Part shown: piece by piece, positions 23,392-31,823 of the stretch
How the letters are laid out: every line of letters begins with the position of its first letter
Position numbering within the stretch: position 1 is the stretch's first letter
Source of the DNA: a virus
Lineage: Duplodnaviria; Heunggongvirae; Uroviricota; Caudoviricetes; Ackermannviridae
Virus record (IMG/VR): IMGVR_UViG_2974514734_000001
Location: 1 to 32,682 of that record
Strand: one strand, 5' to 3'
DNA length: 32,682 nt
Notes under the pieces: generated by a model
Databases searched by the model: none
What the model saw: only the letters and a program-made list of their open reading frames with translations
Told to the model about the DNA's origin: nothing
Made by a program: the position numbers and the translations under genes

Positions 23392-24033
23392 ATGGCTACT
23401 TCTCGATACTTCAATTACACAGCACACCAAGGTACTCAAAAATTAATTGATGACTTGGTGGTCGAGATGATACAATTGCGTGGGATTGACGTCAAGTATA
23501 TCCCACGTTCTATTGTTGAAAAATACCCAATTTTAAACGAGGCTGAACACAAATTCGACCAAGCGTTTGACATCGAAGTGTACATGCAGGATTATCAAGG
23601 CTTCAACACACAGATGTGGGAAAAGTTCGGCGGTATCCAATTACAAGATGAAGTGACATTCACTATTGCTCGTCGTCGTTTTTCAGAAGTTATTGGTAAT
23701 GGTCCAGGCCTTGAACAAATGCCTCAAGAAGGTGATTTGATATATCTGCCTATGGCTAACAAAATATTTAAAGTGAATAACCCGAATAACGATGAAGAAT
23801 TCATGCAATTTGGGAAATGGTACACATATTCTCTACCATGTACGTTGTTCCAATACGGTAACGAAGATTTCGATACAGGTGTATCTGAAATAGACGATAT
23901 TGATAAACGATTGCAGGATCTGGAAGGAGACGGTGTGTACAAAGACGCCAGCCTGCAAACGGATAACCAATTTGCGGACGAAATAGAGAAAGATCTTTCG
24001 CCCAATAAAATGAAGATAGACTTCGGGGAATAA
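23392..24033 (+). CDS. gp14: Neck protein, T4 gp14-like
   Basis: Q.LIDDLVVEMIQLRGIDVKYIPR, KFGGIQLQDEVTFTIARRRF and PQEGDLIYLPM motifs. Confidence 0.93.
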   Translation: MATSRYFNYTAHQGTQKLIDDLVVEMIQLRGIDVKYIPRSIVEKYPILNEAEHKFDQAFDIEVYMQDYQGFNTQMWEKFGGIQLQDEVTFTIARRRFSEVIGNGPGLEQMPQEGDLIYLPMANKIFKVNNPNNDEEFMQFGKWYTYSLPCTLFQYGNEDFDTGVSEIDDIDKRLQDLEGDGVYKDASLQTDNQFADEIEKDLSPNKMKIDFGE

Positions 24034-24035
24034 TC

Positions 24036-24734
24036 ATGGCCAGACCATTTGAAAAATATTTCTATCATGAATCATTGTTGAAATACATACATGTGTTCAA
24101 CGCTATCATGTCAGATTTAAAAGTCAAAACCGAACGTGGCTTGATGGAAATCCCGCTGCATATGGCCATTGGCCGCCGTAATGACCTCAACAGGAACGTG
24201 CCAGCCAATATGCTGCCATTTGCAACAATGTCCTTTGGTCAGTTCGAAATCAATAAACAGGTGACCAAGTCGTATCATAATCAGATATCGACTGTAACTG
24301 CGCGGTCCAAACAACGAATTCCGATCATTATAGATTTTGAATATAACATCAGAACGAAGAAACTGGTCGAAATGCTACAGGTGTTGGAACAAATTTATTC
24401 TGTGTTCACTCCTTCTATTGATTGTCAGATAAAAGACAACGATACGTTATCTCAAGATCAGAACGTGAAGATAATGTTGGTAAATCACACGATTTCTGAC
24501 AACTGGGAAGGAGACGCAACAGAATCACCACACATAGATTGTTCATTCAATTTTCAATTACATGGTCACATCTATGGAGAAGATTATTGGGTTGATGATG
24601 GTTCGGGCGGTGGGGATCCAAACGTCATCAAAGAGATAATTATTGAAATGTCTAATGATTTGAACATGCCATGGTCGGAACTCCCTGAGTGGTTCCGAGT
24701 TGATAAAGACGGCATACATCATCCGGAGGATTGA
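24036..24734 (+). CDS. gp15: Tail terminator / sheath stabiliser, T4 gp15-like
   Basis: YFYHESLLKYI.VFNAIMSD, LPFATMS and LQVLEQIYSVFTP motifs, plus synteny. Confidence 0.88.
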   Translation: MARPFEKYFYHESLLKYIHVFNAIMSDLKVKTERGLMEIPLHMAIGRRNDLNRNVPANMLPFATMSFGQFEINKQVTKSYHNQISTVTARSKQRIPIIIDFEYNIRTKKLVEMLQVLEQIYSVFTPSIDCQIKDNDTLSQDQNVKIMLVNHTISDNWEGDATESPHIDCSFNFQLHGHIYGEDYWVDDGSGGGDPNVIKEIIIEMSNDLNMPWSELPEWFRVDKDGIHHPED

Positions 24735-24736
24735 TC

Positions 24737-25420
24737 ATGAGCAATATGTCAGAAAGGTTACTCGCCACGCTTGATGCAGTGACCGCCCGAGACGAAGTCG
24801 GGAAGGAGGCGATGGAGGCTGTCGCCCCTCGTCCAGGTATTGACTTCGATGAAAATACAGGTGAATGGTTTGGTGAACGTCCGGAAGGGTATCAGCCGAT
24901 TCCTGAACCGCCTTCATTGGAGGATATTGCTTCCAAGGAATCCAAAGTACCTGAGTTTGCGGACACTGATGCTACAACGGATTACAAACGGATACGCGAC
25001 ACAACATATGCCATGCAAGAAGCCACAATGTTCATGATGGGACAAGCCGCTAAATTGGCTGCATCCACAGAAGCTCCGCGAGCATTTTCTGTTTTCCGTG
25101 AATTGGGTGAACTCATGCGCGGTCTGAATAAAGACCTGATGGAAAACCAGAAAACCATCAAGGCAGTGACAGGTGATAAAGAACCACCTGTTGATGACAC
25201 GACAGTGGATGTTACAACTTCACCAGACGGAACAACAACAGTATCGGTTGGGAAAAAGGCGCGATCTTCTCGCGATTTATTGAAGACGATCGAAGATGCA
25301 CGCCGCCGCGCTGAAGAAAGATCACAAGCAAAGGCCGCACAACAACCAGAAGATGAAATCATTGATGGTGAAACAGTTGATGTGAAGGAAGAAGACGATG
25401 GCGTATCAGAAGGTAATTGA
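24737..25420 (+). CDS. terS: Terminase small subunit, T4 gp16-like
   Basis: DYKRIRDTTY and EAPRAFSVFRELG motifs. GGAGGA SD precedes ATG 24737. It lies upstream of terL. Confidence 0.82.
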   Translation: MSNMSERLLATLDAVTARDEVGKEAMEAVAPRPGIDFDENTGEWFGERPEGYQPIPEPPSLEDIASKESKVPEFADTDATTDYKRIRDTTYAMQEATMFMMGQAAKLAASTEAPRAFSVFRELGELMRGLNKDLMENQKTIKAVTGDKEPPVDDTTVDVTTSPDGTTTVSVGKKARSSRDLLKTIEDARRRAEERSQAKAAQQPEDEIIDGETVDVKEEDDGVSEGN

Positions 25421-26279
25421 TATTTTAGAAAAGGGTTATCCAGATATGTATCGCCTGATTAGGCGATACAATTTTGTTATCCAAAAAGGTTCTGTGAACA
25501 CAGGAGGGGAAGTCCATCACATTCTTCCTAAATCCTTGTACCCTTCTTTCACACAAGATAAGGATAACTTGGTTAGATTATCCCCCAAAGCGCATTTCAT
25601 TTGCCATTTACTTCTTTGGAAAATAACTAACACCAGAGAGATGCTGTTCGCGTTCAGTTGTATGAAGAACACTATGGGTGTTTTGAGAACATCTAGATTA
25701 TACCAAGAATCTAAACAAGAATTTTATTCTAAAATAAGCGAATTATCTTCAGAAAGAATGAAGTCAGACAATCCAATGTTCAGGAAGGATGTTAGGGAGA
25801 AACTTTCGAAACGAAACAAAGGGTCTGTAATCAGTCAAGAGCAGAGATTGAAGGCTTCTGCATCTTTAAAGAAAAGATGGAAGGAACAAGGACATCCTCG
25901 TTCCGGAGCCATTATATCCAAAGAGACAAGGGATAAAATTTCTAAGTCTAACACAGGGAAAAATTTGCGTGAATTAAATCCATTTTATGGTAAATCCCAT
26001 ACAGAAGAATCCAAGAAGGCCATGAGTGAAAAGAAACTTGGATTAATGCCTTGGGAGATGAATAGATTTAATGAAGAAAATATCCCATTCTATTTGAAAT
26101 CTGATATTCTATATTCCGCTTGGTTGTCTGGATCCAAAGGGGTTGTGTTGTGTAGAATGGTCTTTGGTAATGATCGATACATAAATTCCATACAACCAAT
26201 AATCGCTAGATTCAAAGGCGGTTGGAATCCTTCTGAATGCCCTAAGTGGTTGAAGTGGAGAAGCCATCATGGCCTATAA
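25398..26279 (+). CDS. Free-standing HNH homing endonuclease with NUMOD3 repeats
   Basis: EVHHILPKSL...DNLVRLSPKAHFICHLLL HNH core. NUMOD3-like ISKETRDKISKS and NPFYGKSHTEESKKAMS repeats. Confidence 0.9.
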   Translation: MAYQKVIDILEKGYPDMYRLIRRYNFVIQKGSVNTGGEVHHILPKSLYPSFTQDKDNLVRLSPKAHFICHLLLWKITNTREMLFAFSCMKNTMGVLRTSRLYQESKQEFYSKISELSSERMKSDNPMFRKDVREKLSKRNKGSVISQEQRLKASASLKKRWKEQGHPRSGAIISKETRDKISKSNTGKNLRELNPFYGKSHTEESKKAMSEKKLGLMPWEMNRFNEENIPFYLKSDILYSAWLSGSKGVVLCRMVFGNDRYINSIQPIIARFKGGWNPSECPKWLKWRSHHGL

Positions 26280-28476
26280 AAAAGAAATAGATTGGGCACC
26301 TGAGAAAACGGGGTTCAAAATAGACGATGTGAAATTGCGTATGGACCAAACGTTCATGCGCAAACCTTCTGTGCGTGCTCCTCGAGTCGAGTTAATGCTG
26401 ACAGATGAACAAGAAGACGAATTCGTTGAATGTTCAATGGACGCGCATTACTTCGCCGCCAACTATTACAAGATAACCACGATCGATAAAGGCTTTATCC
26501 TTTTCGATATGCATGATTATCAGAAACAATTGTTCCATGACTTTCAGGACTATCGATTCAATGCGGTCGTCCAGGCTCGTCAGTCCGGTAAATGCGTCCG
26601 TGGTGATACTCTTGTTTATGTCTATGATACAATCAGTCAACAAGAGTTGCATCTCACCATAGAAGAGCTTCACAAGCGCTTCGAAGGACCGAACCATGCT
26701 GTGCCACTGAATACCATTGGCAACCACAATAAGTTTGTAGACAGCCGTTTCGGGAAACGATATTTTGTTGAGTCCGACACTGGCTGGGTTCCGGTTATTG
26801 CCGCTCATAAAACGAAAGAATACGCTGAATACGTTGTCAGGACTGAAACCGGACGCACAATTCATGTCGCAGATGAGCACATGTTCTTCAATGAATATGG
26901 GCGCGAAGTATTTGCTAAAGACATGGAGGCCGGAGATGCCATAATGACCCAGGAGGGAATAGAATTCATCTCTGAGATCTGGGAGACTGGTGAGTACCAC
27001 CACATGTATGACTTGCAAGTCAAGTCCAGCGATCAACGTTATTACACGAATGGGTTCCTCAGCCATAATACCACGGTCGTGGCTGCGTTTCTTCTTTGGT
27101 ATGCGATGTTCCACTCAGACAAAGAAATCGCGGTACTGGCAAACAAAGAGAAACAAGCGATTGAAATTCTTGACCGTATCAGGAAGGCGTATCAGGACCT
27201 CCCATTCTTCCTTCAGCAGGGTTGTGAGAAGTTTGGTTCTACACTGATAGAGTTTGAGAACGGCTCTAAGATATATGCTTATGCAACGTCTTCGGACTCT
27301 ATTCGTGGTCGTTCTGTATCTCTCTTGTACGTGGACGAAGTAGCGTTCATCGAAAATGACTTTGAATTTTGGGAATCAACATTCCCAGCCATTGCGTCTG
27401 CCGATACATCACGCTGTATTTTGACAAGTACTCCGAAAGGTCAGCGAGGGTTGTTCTATGATATTGTCACCAAAGCAGATCCACGCCATCCACAATACAA
27501 CGACTTCCACCTAACTGAAGTCCCATGGTATAAGGTTCCGGCATATACCAAAGATCCAGATTGGGAAACCAAACAACGTGCCCGTCTGGGGGATGCTCGT
27601 TTCGATCAAGAATTTGGCATTAAGTTCCGTGGTTCCGTGGGTTCATTGATTCCGGCCAAATGCTTAGATAAAATGACGTCCAAGTTGTATCGGGAACCTA
27701 ATGAATTCACCAAGATTTATAAGGAATACGACCCGCAACGCATCTACTTCGGGATTGCAGATACGGGGAAAGGTGTTGAAGGAGATTATTCGGTTCTGAC
27801 AATTCTGGATATAACTGAATATCCGCATGTCATAGCAGCCAAGTACAGGAATAATACGATACCTCCTATGATGTATGCATACACGATAGCTGATATGTGC
27901 ACCGAATACGGGGAATGTCCTGTCCTTGTTGAAACAAACAACGACGTCGGCGGTCAGGTTATTACAATTCTTTATCAAGAGATAGAATATCCAGAAATCA
28001 TATTCACATCAACAGATAACAAAGGGACGGGGAAACGGATTGGTGGGCGTAAACCGGAACCTGGTATCAATACCAACAGAAAAGTCCGATCTATCGGTTG
28101 TGCTAACCTGAAAGCGCTCATTGAGAAAGAAATGTTGGTGATAGAAGACCAGGACACGATAGATGAACTCAGTACATTTGTGTTCAAAGGCGCTCGGTAT
28201 GAAGCCGATGACGGTTGTCACGATGACTGTGTCATGCCGTTGGTCTTATATTCATGGGCGGTAAAACAAGAATGGTTCAGTGACTTGACGTCTACAAGTA
28301 TTTCTCAGGACATGAGAAACCGAATGTCTTCAACTGAATCTCAGCAGGTATTCCCATTTGGTGGTTTAGTCGTTGGAGACACCCCATCCGAAACTGAGCA
28401 TTTGCCTGGTTTCGGGGGCATTCAAGTTTTCAACGAAATGTCAGGGATGACCATGGATGAGTGGTTTAAGAATTGA
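26269..28476 (+). CDS. terL: Terminase large subunit (T4 gp17-like) precursor containing an intein
   Basis: Walker A ARQSGK|T is split by the intein. Walker B LLYVDEVAF, ILTSTPKG, RFDQEF and nuclease DDCVM motifs are present. Confidence 0.95.
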   Translation: MAYKKEIDWAPEKTGFKIDDVKLRMDQTFMRKPSVRAPRVELMLTDEQEDEFVECSMDAHYFAANYYKITTIDKGFILFDMHDYQKQLFHDFQDYRFNAVVQARQSGKCVRGDTLVYVYDTISQQELHLTIEELHKRFEGPNHAVPLNTIGNHNKFVDSRFGKRYFVESDTGWVPVIAAHKTKEYAEYVVRTETGRTIHVADEHMFFNEYGREVFAKDMEAGDAIMTQEGIEFISEIWETGEYHHMYDLQVKSSDQRYYTNGFLSHNTTVVAAFLLWYAMFHSDKEIAVLANKEKQAIEILDRIRKAYQDLPFFLQQGCEKFGSTLIEFENGSKIYAYATSSDSIRGRSVSLLYVDEVAFIENDFEFWESTFPAIASADTSRCILTSTPKGQRGLFYDIVTKADPRHPQYNDFHLTEVPWYKVPAYTKDPDWETKQRARLGDARFDQEFGIKFRGSVGSLIPAKCLDKMTSKLYREPNEFTKIYKEYDPQRIYFGIADTGKGVEGDYSVLTILDITEYPHVIAAKYRNNTIPPMMYAYTIADMCTEYGECPVLVETNNDVGGQVITILYQEIEYPEIIFTSTDNKGTGKRIGGRKPEPGINTNRKVRSIGCANLKALIEKEMLVIEDQDTIDELSTFVFKGARYEADDGCHDDCVMPLVLYSWAVKQEWFSDLTSTSISQDMRNRMSSTESQQVFPFGGLVVGDTPSETEHLPGFGGIQVFNEMSGMTMDEWFKN
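26593..27069 (+). mobile_element. Mini-intein (159 aa, no endonuclease domain) in the TerL P-loop
   Basis: It begins CVRGDTLV after GK and ends MYDLQV...YYTNGFLSHN, with Thr at +1. Removing it restores RQSGKTT. No LAGLIDADG motifs. Confidence 0.95.
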
Positions 28477-28479
28477 TCA

Positions 28480-28486
28480 CTAAATA
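28480..28486 (+). promoter_or_regulatory. Late promoter motif CTAAATA (gp18)
   Basis: Motif followed by AATATC...GATATT pairing that flanks the AAGGA SD. Confidence 0.75.
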
Positions 28487-28528
28487 TCTTTCAAATTGAG
28501 CGAAACTCTACCGAGAAGGAATGATATT

Positions 28529-30424
28529 ATGGCAACTCAAAGCTTCAGCGTTGCGCCGTCCGTTCAGTGGACTGAGCGTGATGCCACGCTTCAGACGTCC
28601 CCGTCCGTTGTTGTTCAGGGCGCGACCGTCGGCAAATTTCAATGGGGTGAAGTTGAACTTCCAGTGCTGGTGACTGGTGGTGAGACAGGTTTGGTGAAGA
28701 AATTCTTCAAACCCAACGACAGTACTGCGACCGATTTTCTCGTAATCGCGGACTTTTTGTCTTACAGCTCTATGGCATGGGTGACCCGTGTTGTTGGTCC
28801 TCTGGCCAAGAACTCTGTTACCAAAGGTCAGACAGCGATTGCGATCAAAAACAAACTGGATTTTGAAACAGCAAGTCCTTCGGCGTCCATCACTTGGACT
28901 GGTCGTTATCCAGGTTCCCTGGGTAATGATATTGCTATCAATGTTTGTGATGCTGCTGGGTTCTCAACTTGGGAATTCCGTAATAACTTTGCATACGCAC
29001 CTCAGTCTGGTGAATTCCATGTAGTTGTCGTAGACAAAGTTGGCCGCATTACCGACTCTGCTGGCGCAGTCGGTCAGGTTGACCGTATCTCCGTTTCTGG
29101 TACGGCTACTGCTGCTGGCACCATCAGTGTGGCGGGTGAAGATATCGCATATCTGGATACTGATACTCCAGCCGATTTGGCAACCAAAATCGGTACAGCA
29201 CTAACTTCCCTGACAAGTGTTTATTCTTCTGTTGTCGTGAAGTCCAACACTGTCATCGTGACACATAAAGCTATCGGTCCTCAGGCCGTTACAGCTATCG
29301 TTCCTGATGATAAAGGACTGACTGCAACAGCCGTAATCACTACTGTTGGCGCTTCTGGTTCCATCATCGAAAAATACGAACTCATGCAGAACACCCAGGG
29401 TTCTAAAAAATCCGATGGCGCGAATGCGTACTTCAAAGACGTGATCAACGATACTTCAAATTGGGTGTATACCTTCGCGAGCGAACTGGTTGCAGGTGTC
29501 GTTGAATTAGAAGGCGGCGTAGACGATTATAACATCAACCGCGTGGCGGCTATCCAAGTCTTGAACAATGCTGAAGCATATGATGCGAAGCCAGTATTTG
29601 CGTACTGTGAAGAACTGATTGAGCAACAAGCATTGATCGACTTATCTACTGAGCGAAAAGATACGGTATCTTTCGTATCCCCGCTCCGTGATACGGTTGT
29701 TGGCAACCGTGGTCGTGAAATGGATGATGTCGTTGCTTGGCGTGAAAGCCTTGTTCGCGACTCTTCTTATTTCTTCATGGATGATAACTGGGTATATGTG
29801 TACGACAAGTACAACGACAAAATGCGTTGGATTCCGGCTTGTGGCGGCACCGCAGGTGTTTGGGCGCGAAGCATTGAAATCGCGGGTATCTACAAATCTC
29901 CGGCGTTCCACAACCGTGGTAAATACAACAACTATAATCGAATGGCGTGGTCTGCATCTTCTGATGAACGTGCTGTGTTGTACCGCAATCAGATCAACAG
30001 CATCGTAACCTTCTCCAATGAAGGCATCGTCCTGTATGGTGACAAAACTGGCCTGACCCGCCCGTCGGCGTTTGATCGCATCAACGTTCGTGGCCTGTTC
30101 ATCATGGCTGAGCAGAACATCGCCGCAATCGCCAAATACTATCTTGGTGAGAACAATGACGCGTTTACACGTGGTCTGTTCAGCAATGCGGTTCGTCCAT
30201 ATATCCGCCAGCTGGCAAATATGGGCGCGATTTACGATGGTAAAGTCAAGTGTGATGAAGATAACAACACTGCTGATGTCATTGCAGCGAACCAAATGGT
30301 TGCTGGTATCTGGTTGAAGCCCGAGTACAGCATTAACTGGATATTTTTAGATTTCGCCGCCGTTCGACCGGACATGGAATTCTCAGAAATTGAATCTGGT
30401 GGTGGTATCGTCGCCGCGTCCTAA
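28529..30424 (+). CDS. gp18: Tail sheath protein, T4 gp18-like (631 aa)
   Basis: APSVQWTERD, GKFQWG.V, SPAFHNRG, LYGDKTG...PSAFDRINVRGLF and KPEYSINWI.L.F motifs. Confidence 0.95.
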   Translation: MATQSFSVAPSVQWTERDATLQTSPSVVVQGATVGKFQWGEVELPVLVTGGETGLVKKFFKPNDSTATDFLVIADFLSYSSMAWVTRVVGPLAKNSVTKGQTAIAIKNKLDFETASPSASITWTGRYPGSLGNDIAINVCDAAGFSTWEFRNNFAYAPQSGEFHVVVVDKVGRITDSAGAVGQVDRISVSGTATAAGTISVAGEDIAYLDTDTPADLATKIGTALTSLTSVYSSVVVKSNTVIVTHKAIGPQAVTAIVPDDKGLTATAVITTVGASGSIIEKYELMQNTQGSKKSDGANAYFKDVINDTSNWVYTFASELVAGVVELEGGVDDYNINRVAAIQVLNNAEAYDAKPVFAYCEELIEQQALIDLSTERKDTVSFVSPLRDTVVGNRGREMDDVVAWRESLVRDSSYFFMDDNWVYVYDKYNDKMRWIPACGGTAGVWARSIEIAGIYKSPAFHNRGKYNNYNRMAWSASSDERAVLYRNQINSIVTFSNEGIVLYGDKTGLTRPSAFDRINVRGLFIMAEQNIAAIAKYYLGENNDAFTRGLFSNAVRPYIRQLANMGAIYDGKVKCDEDNNTADVIAANQMVAGIWLKPEYSINWIFLDFAAVRPDMEFSEIESGGGIVAAS

Positions 30425-30433
30425 TCTACTTTC

Positions 30434-30456
30434 ATGCCCTCTTCGGAGGGCATTTC
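30434..30456 (+). terminator. Hairpin with C(UUCG)G loop after gp18
   Basis: ATGCCCTC-TTCG-GAGGGCAT followed by TTC (short U tract). Confidence 0.65.
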
Positions 30457-30506
30457 AATGGTCTCTTGTGAGTTACAATAGAACAATTTACTGAGAGAAC
30501 ATCGAA

Positions 30507-31220
30507 ATGATCGGAAGTGTATACAAAATTACAAATCTCGTCAACCAGAAAGCCTATATCGGGATCACCACACGCGACCCCATGCAAAGGTGGTGGGAAC
30601 ATTGTAACAGTGCTCAGAATGGTTCTGATTACTTTATCCATCAGGCTATTCGTAAATATGGGGAAGAAAATTTCTCCGTGGCCGTCGTAGCCCAGACAAA
30701 ATCCTTGGAAGACTTGAAAGAATTAGAGATTATATCGATTAAGCAACATGGCTCCCACATGTCCGTGAAAGGGTACAACAAAACTTGGGGTGGTGACGGT
30801 GCGACATTCTACGGGAAGACAGGTGCCATTGATGCGTCAACAGGAGAGCGTATTGGTCTTGTAGACTGTGGTGACCCAAGATGGGCCACAGGGGAACTGA
30901 TACATTGCAAGACCGGAGTCAAACGTTCGTTCTCGAAGAGCTTATCTGTATTTGCAAAGAGCAGAACCGGCTCCAAGAACTCTAACGCCAAAAGATTCAA
31001 ATTGGTATCTCCTTCCGGCGAAGAACACGAAATCCACGGGAATTGTCGTGAATACGTTGAAAGTTTGGGGCTTAAATATTCAGCATTGTATGATTACATC
31101 GACAAGGGTATTCCAGTTCCACCACCGTCTGTGTATCATAGGAAAACTGCAACCAATGAGCGTTTGAATACGACGGGTTGGCAACTAATTAGAATTGTGT
31201 ACTCTTATTTGGAGATATAA
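30507..31220 (+). CDS. Free-standing GIY-YIG (Seg-like) homing endonuclease
   Basis: GSVYKITN...KAYIGIT...RWWEH, AIRKYGEENF, LE...I and GYNKTWGG catalytic motifs, with a C-terminal DNA-binding module. Confidence 0.9.
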   Translation: MIGSVYKITNLVNQKAYIGITTRDPMQRWWEHCNSAQNGSDYFIHQAIRKYGEENFSVAVVAQTKSLEDLKELEIISIKQHGSHMSVKGYNKTWGGDGATFYGKTGAIDASTGERIGLVDCGDPRWATGELIHCKTGVKRSFSKSLSVFAKSRTGSKNSNAKRFKLVSPSGEEHEIHGNCREYVESLGLKYSALYDYIDKGIPVPPPSVYHRKTATNERLNTTGWQLIRIVYSYLEI

Positions 31221-31222
31221 AA

Positions 31223-31756
31223 ATGGCGACAGTCAATGAGTTTCGCGCAGCCATGTCACGAGGGGGCGGCGTACAACGCCAACACCGCTGGCGTGTGACT
31301 GTAAACTTTCCTTCCTTTGTTGCTGGTTCCGACACAATTCGTGACGTGTCCTTGCTGGCTGTAACCACCAACACCCCAACAGGTCAGCTGGGCGAAATTC
31401 TGGTGCCCTGGGGTGGTCGTGAACTTCCGTTCCCAGGGGATCGTCGTTTCGAAGCGCTTCCTGTGACGTTCATTAACGTGGTGAACAACGCTCCATACAA
31501 TGCTTTTGAAGTGTGGCAGCAATTCATCAACGGTAGTGAAAACAACCGCGCCAGCGCGAATCCAGATGATTATTTCCGTGATATCATCATGGAACTTCTG
31601 GACGCGAATGACAACGTGACTAAGACATGGACTTTACAGGGCGGCTGGCCTCAAAACCTCGGCCAACTGGAACTCGATATGTCGGCAATGGACTCTTACA
31701 CACAGTTCACTGTCGACTTGCGTTATTTCCAAGCCGTTTCTGACAAGTCATTGTAA
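31223..31756 (+). CDS. gp19: Tail tube protein, T4 gp19-like
   Basis: WGGRELPFPGDRRFE and TWTLQGGWPQNLGQLELD motifs. Confidence 0.93.
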   Translation: MATVNEFRAAMSRGGGVQRQHRWRVTVNFPSFVAGSDTIRDVSLLAVTTNTPTGQLGEILVPWGGRELPFPGDRRFEALPVTFINVVNNAPYNAFEVWQQFINGSENNRASANPDDYFRDIIMELLDANDNVTKTWTLQGGWPQNLGQLELDMSAMDSYTQFTVDLRYFQAVSDKSL

Positions 31757-31823
31757 TGTCCTCGGTGCTGGGGGAATCATATTCCCCCTCACTAATTACA
31801 AGAAAATGTTGAGGACTTAGATC

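Noticed and set aside
26434-27114. 226-aa antisense ORF spanning the intein as a hidden endonuclease
   Set aside because: No nuclease motifs. Long antisense shadows also occur over gp18 (29642-30295) and gp20 (31902-32492), consistent with codon bias.
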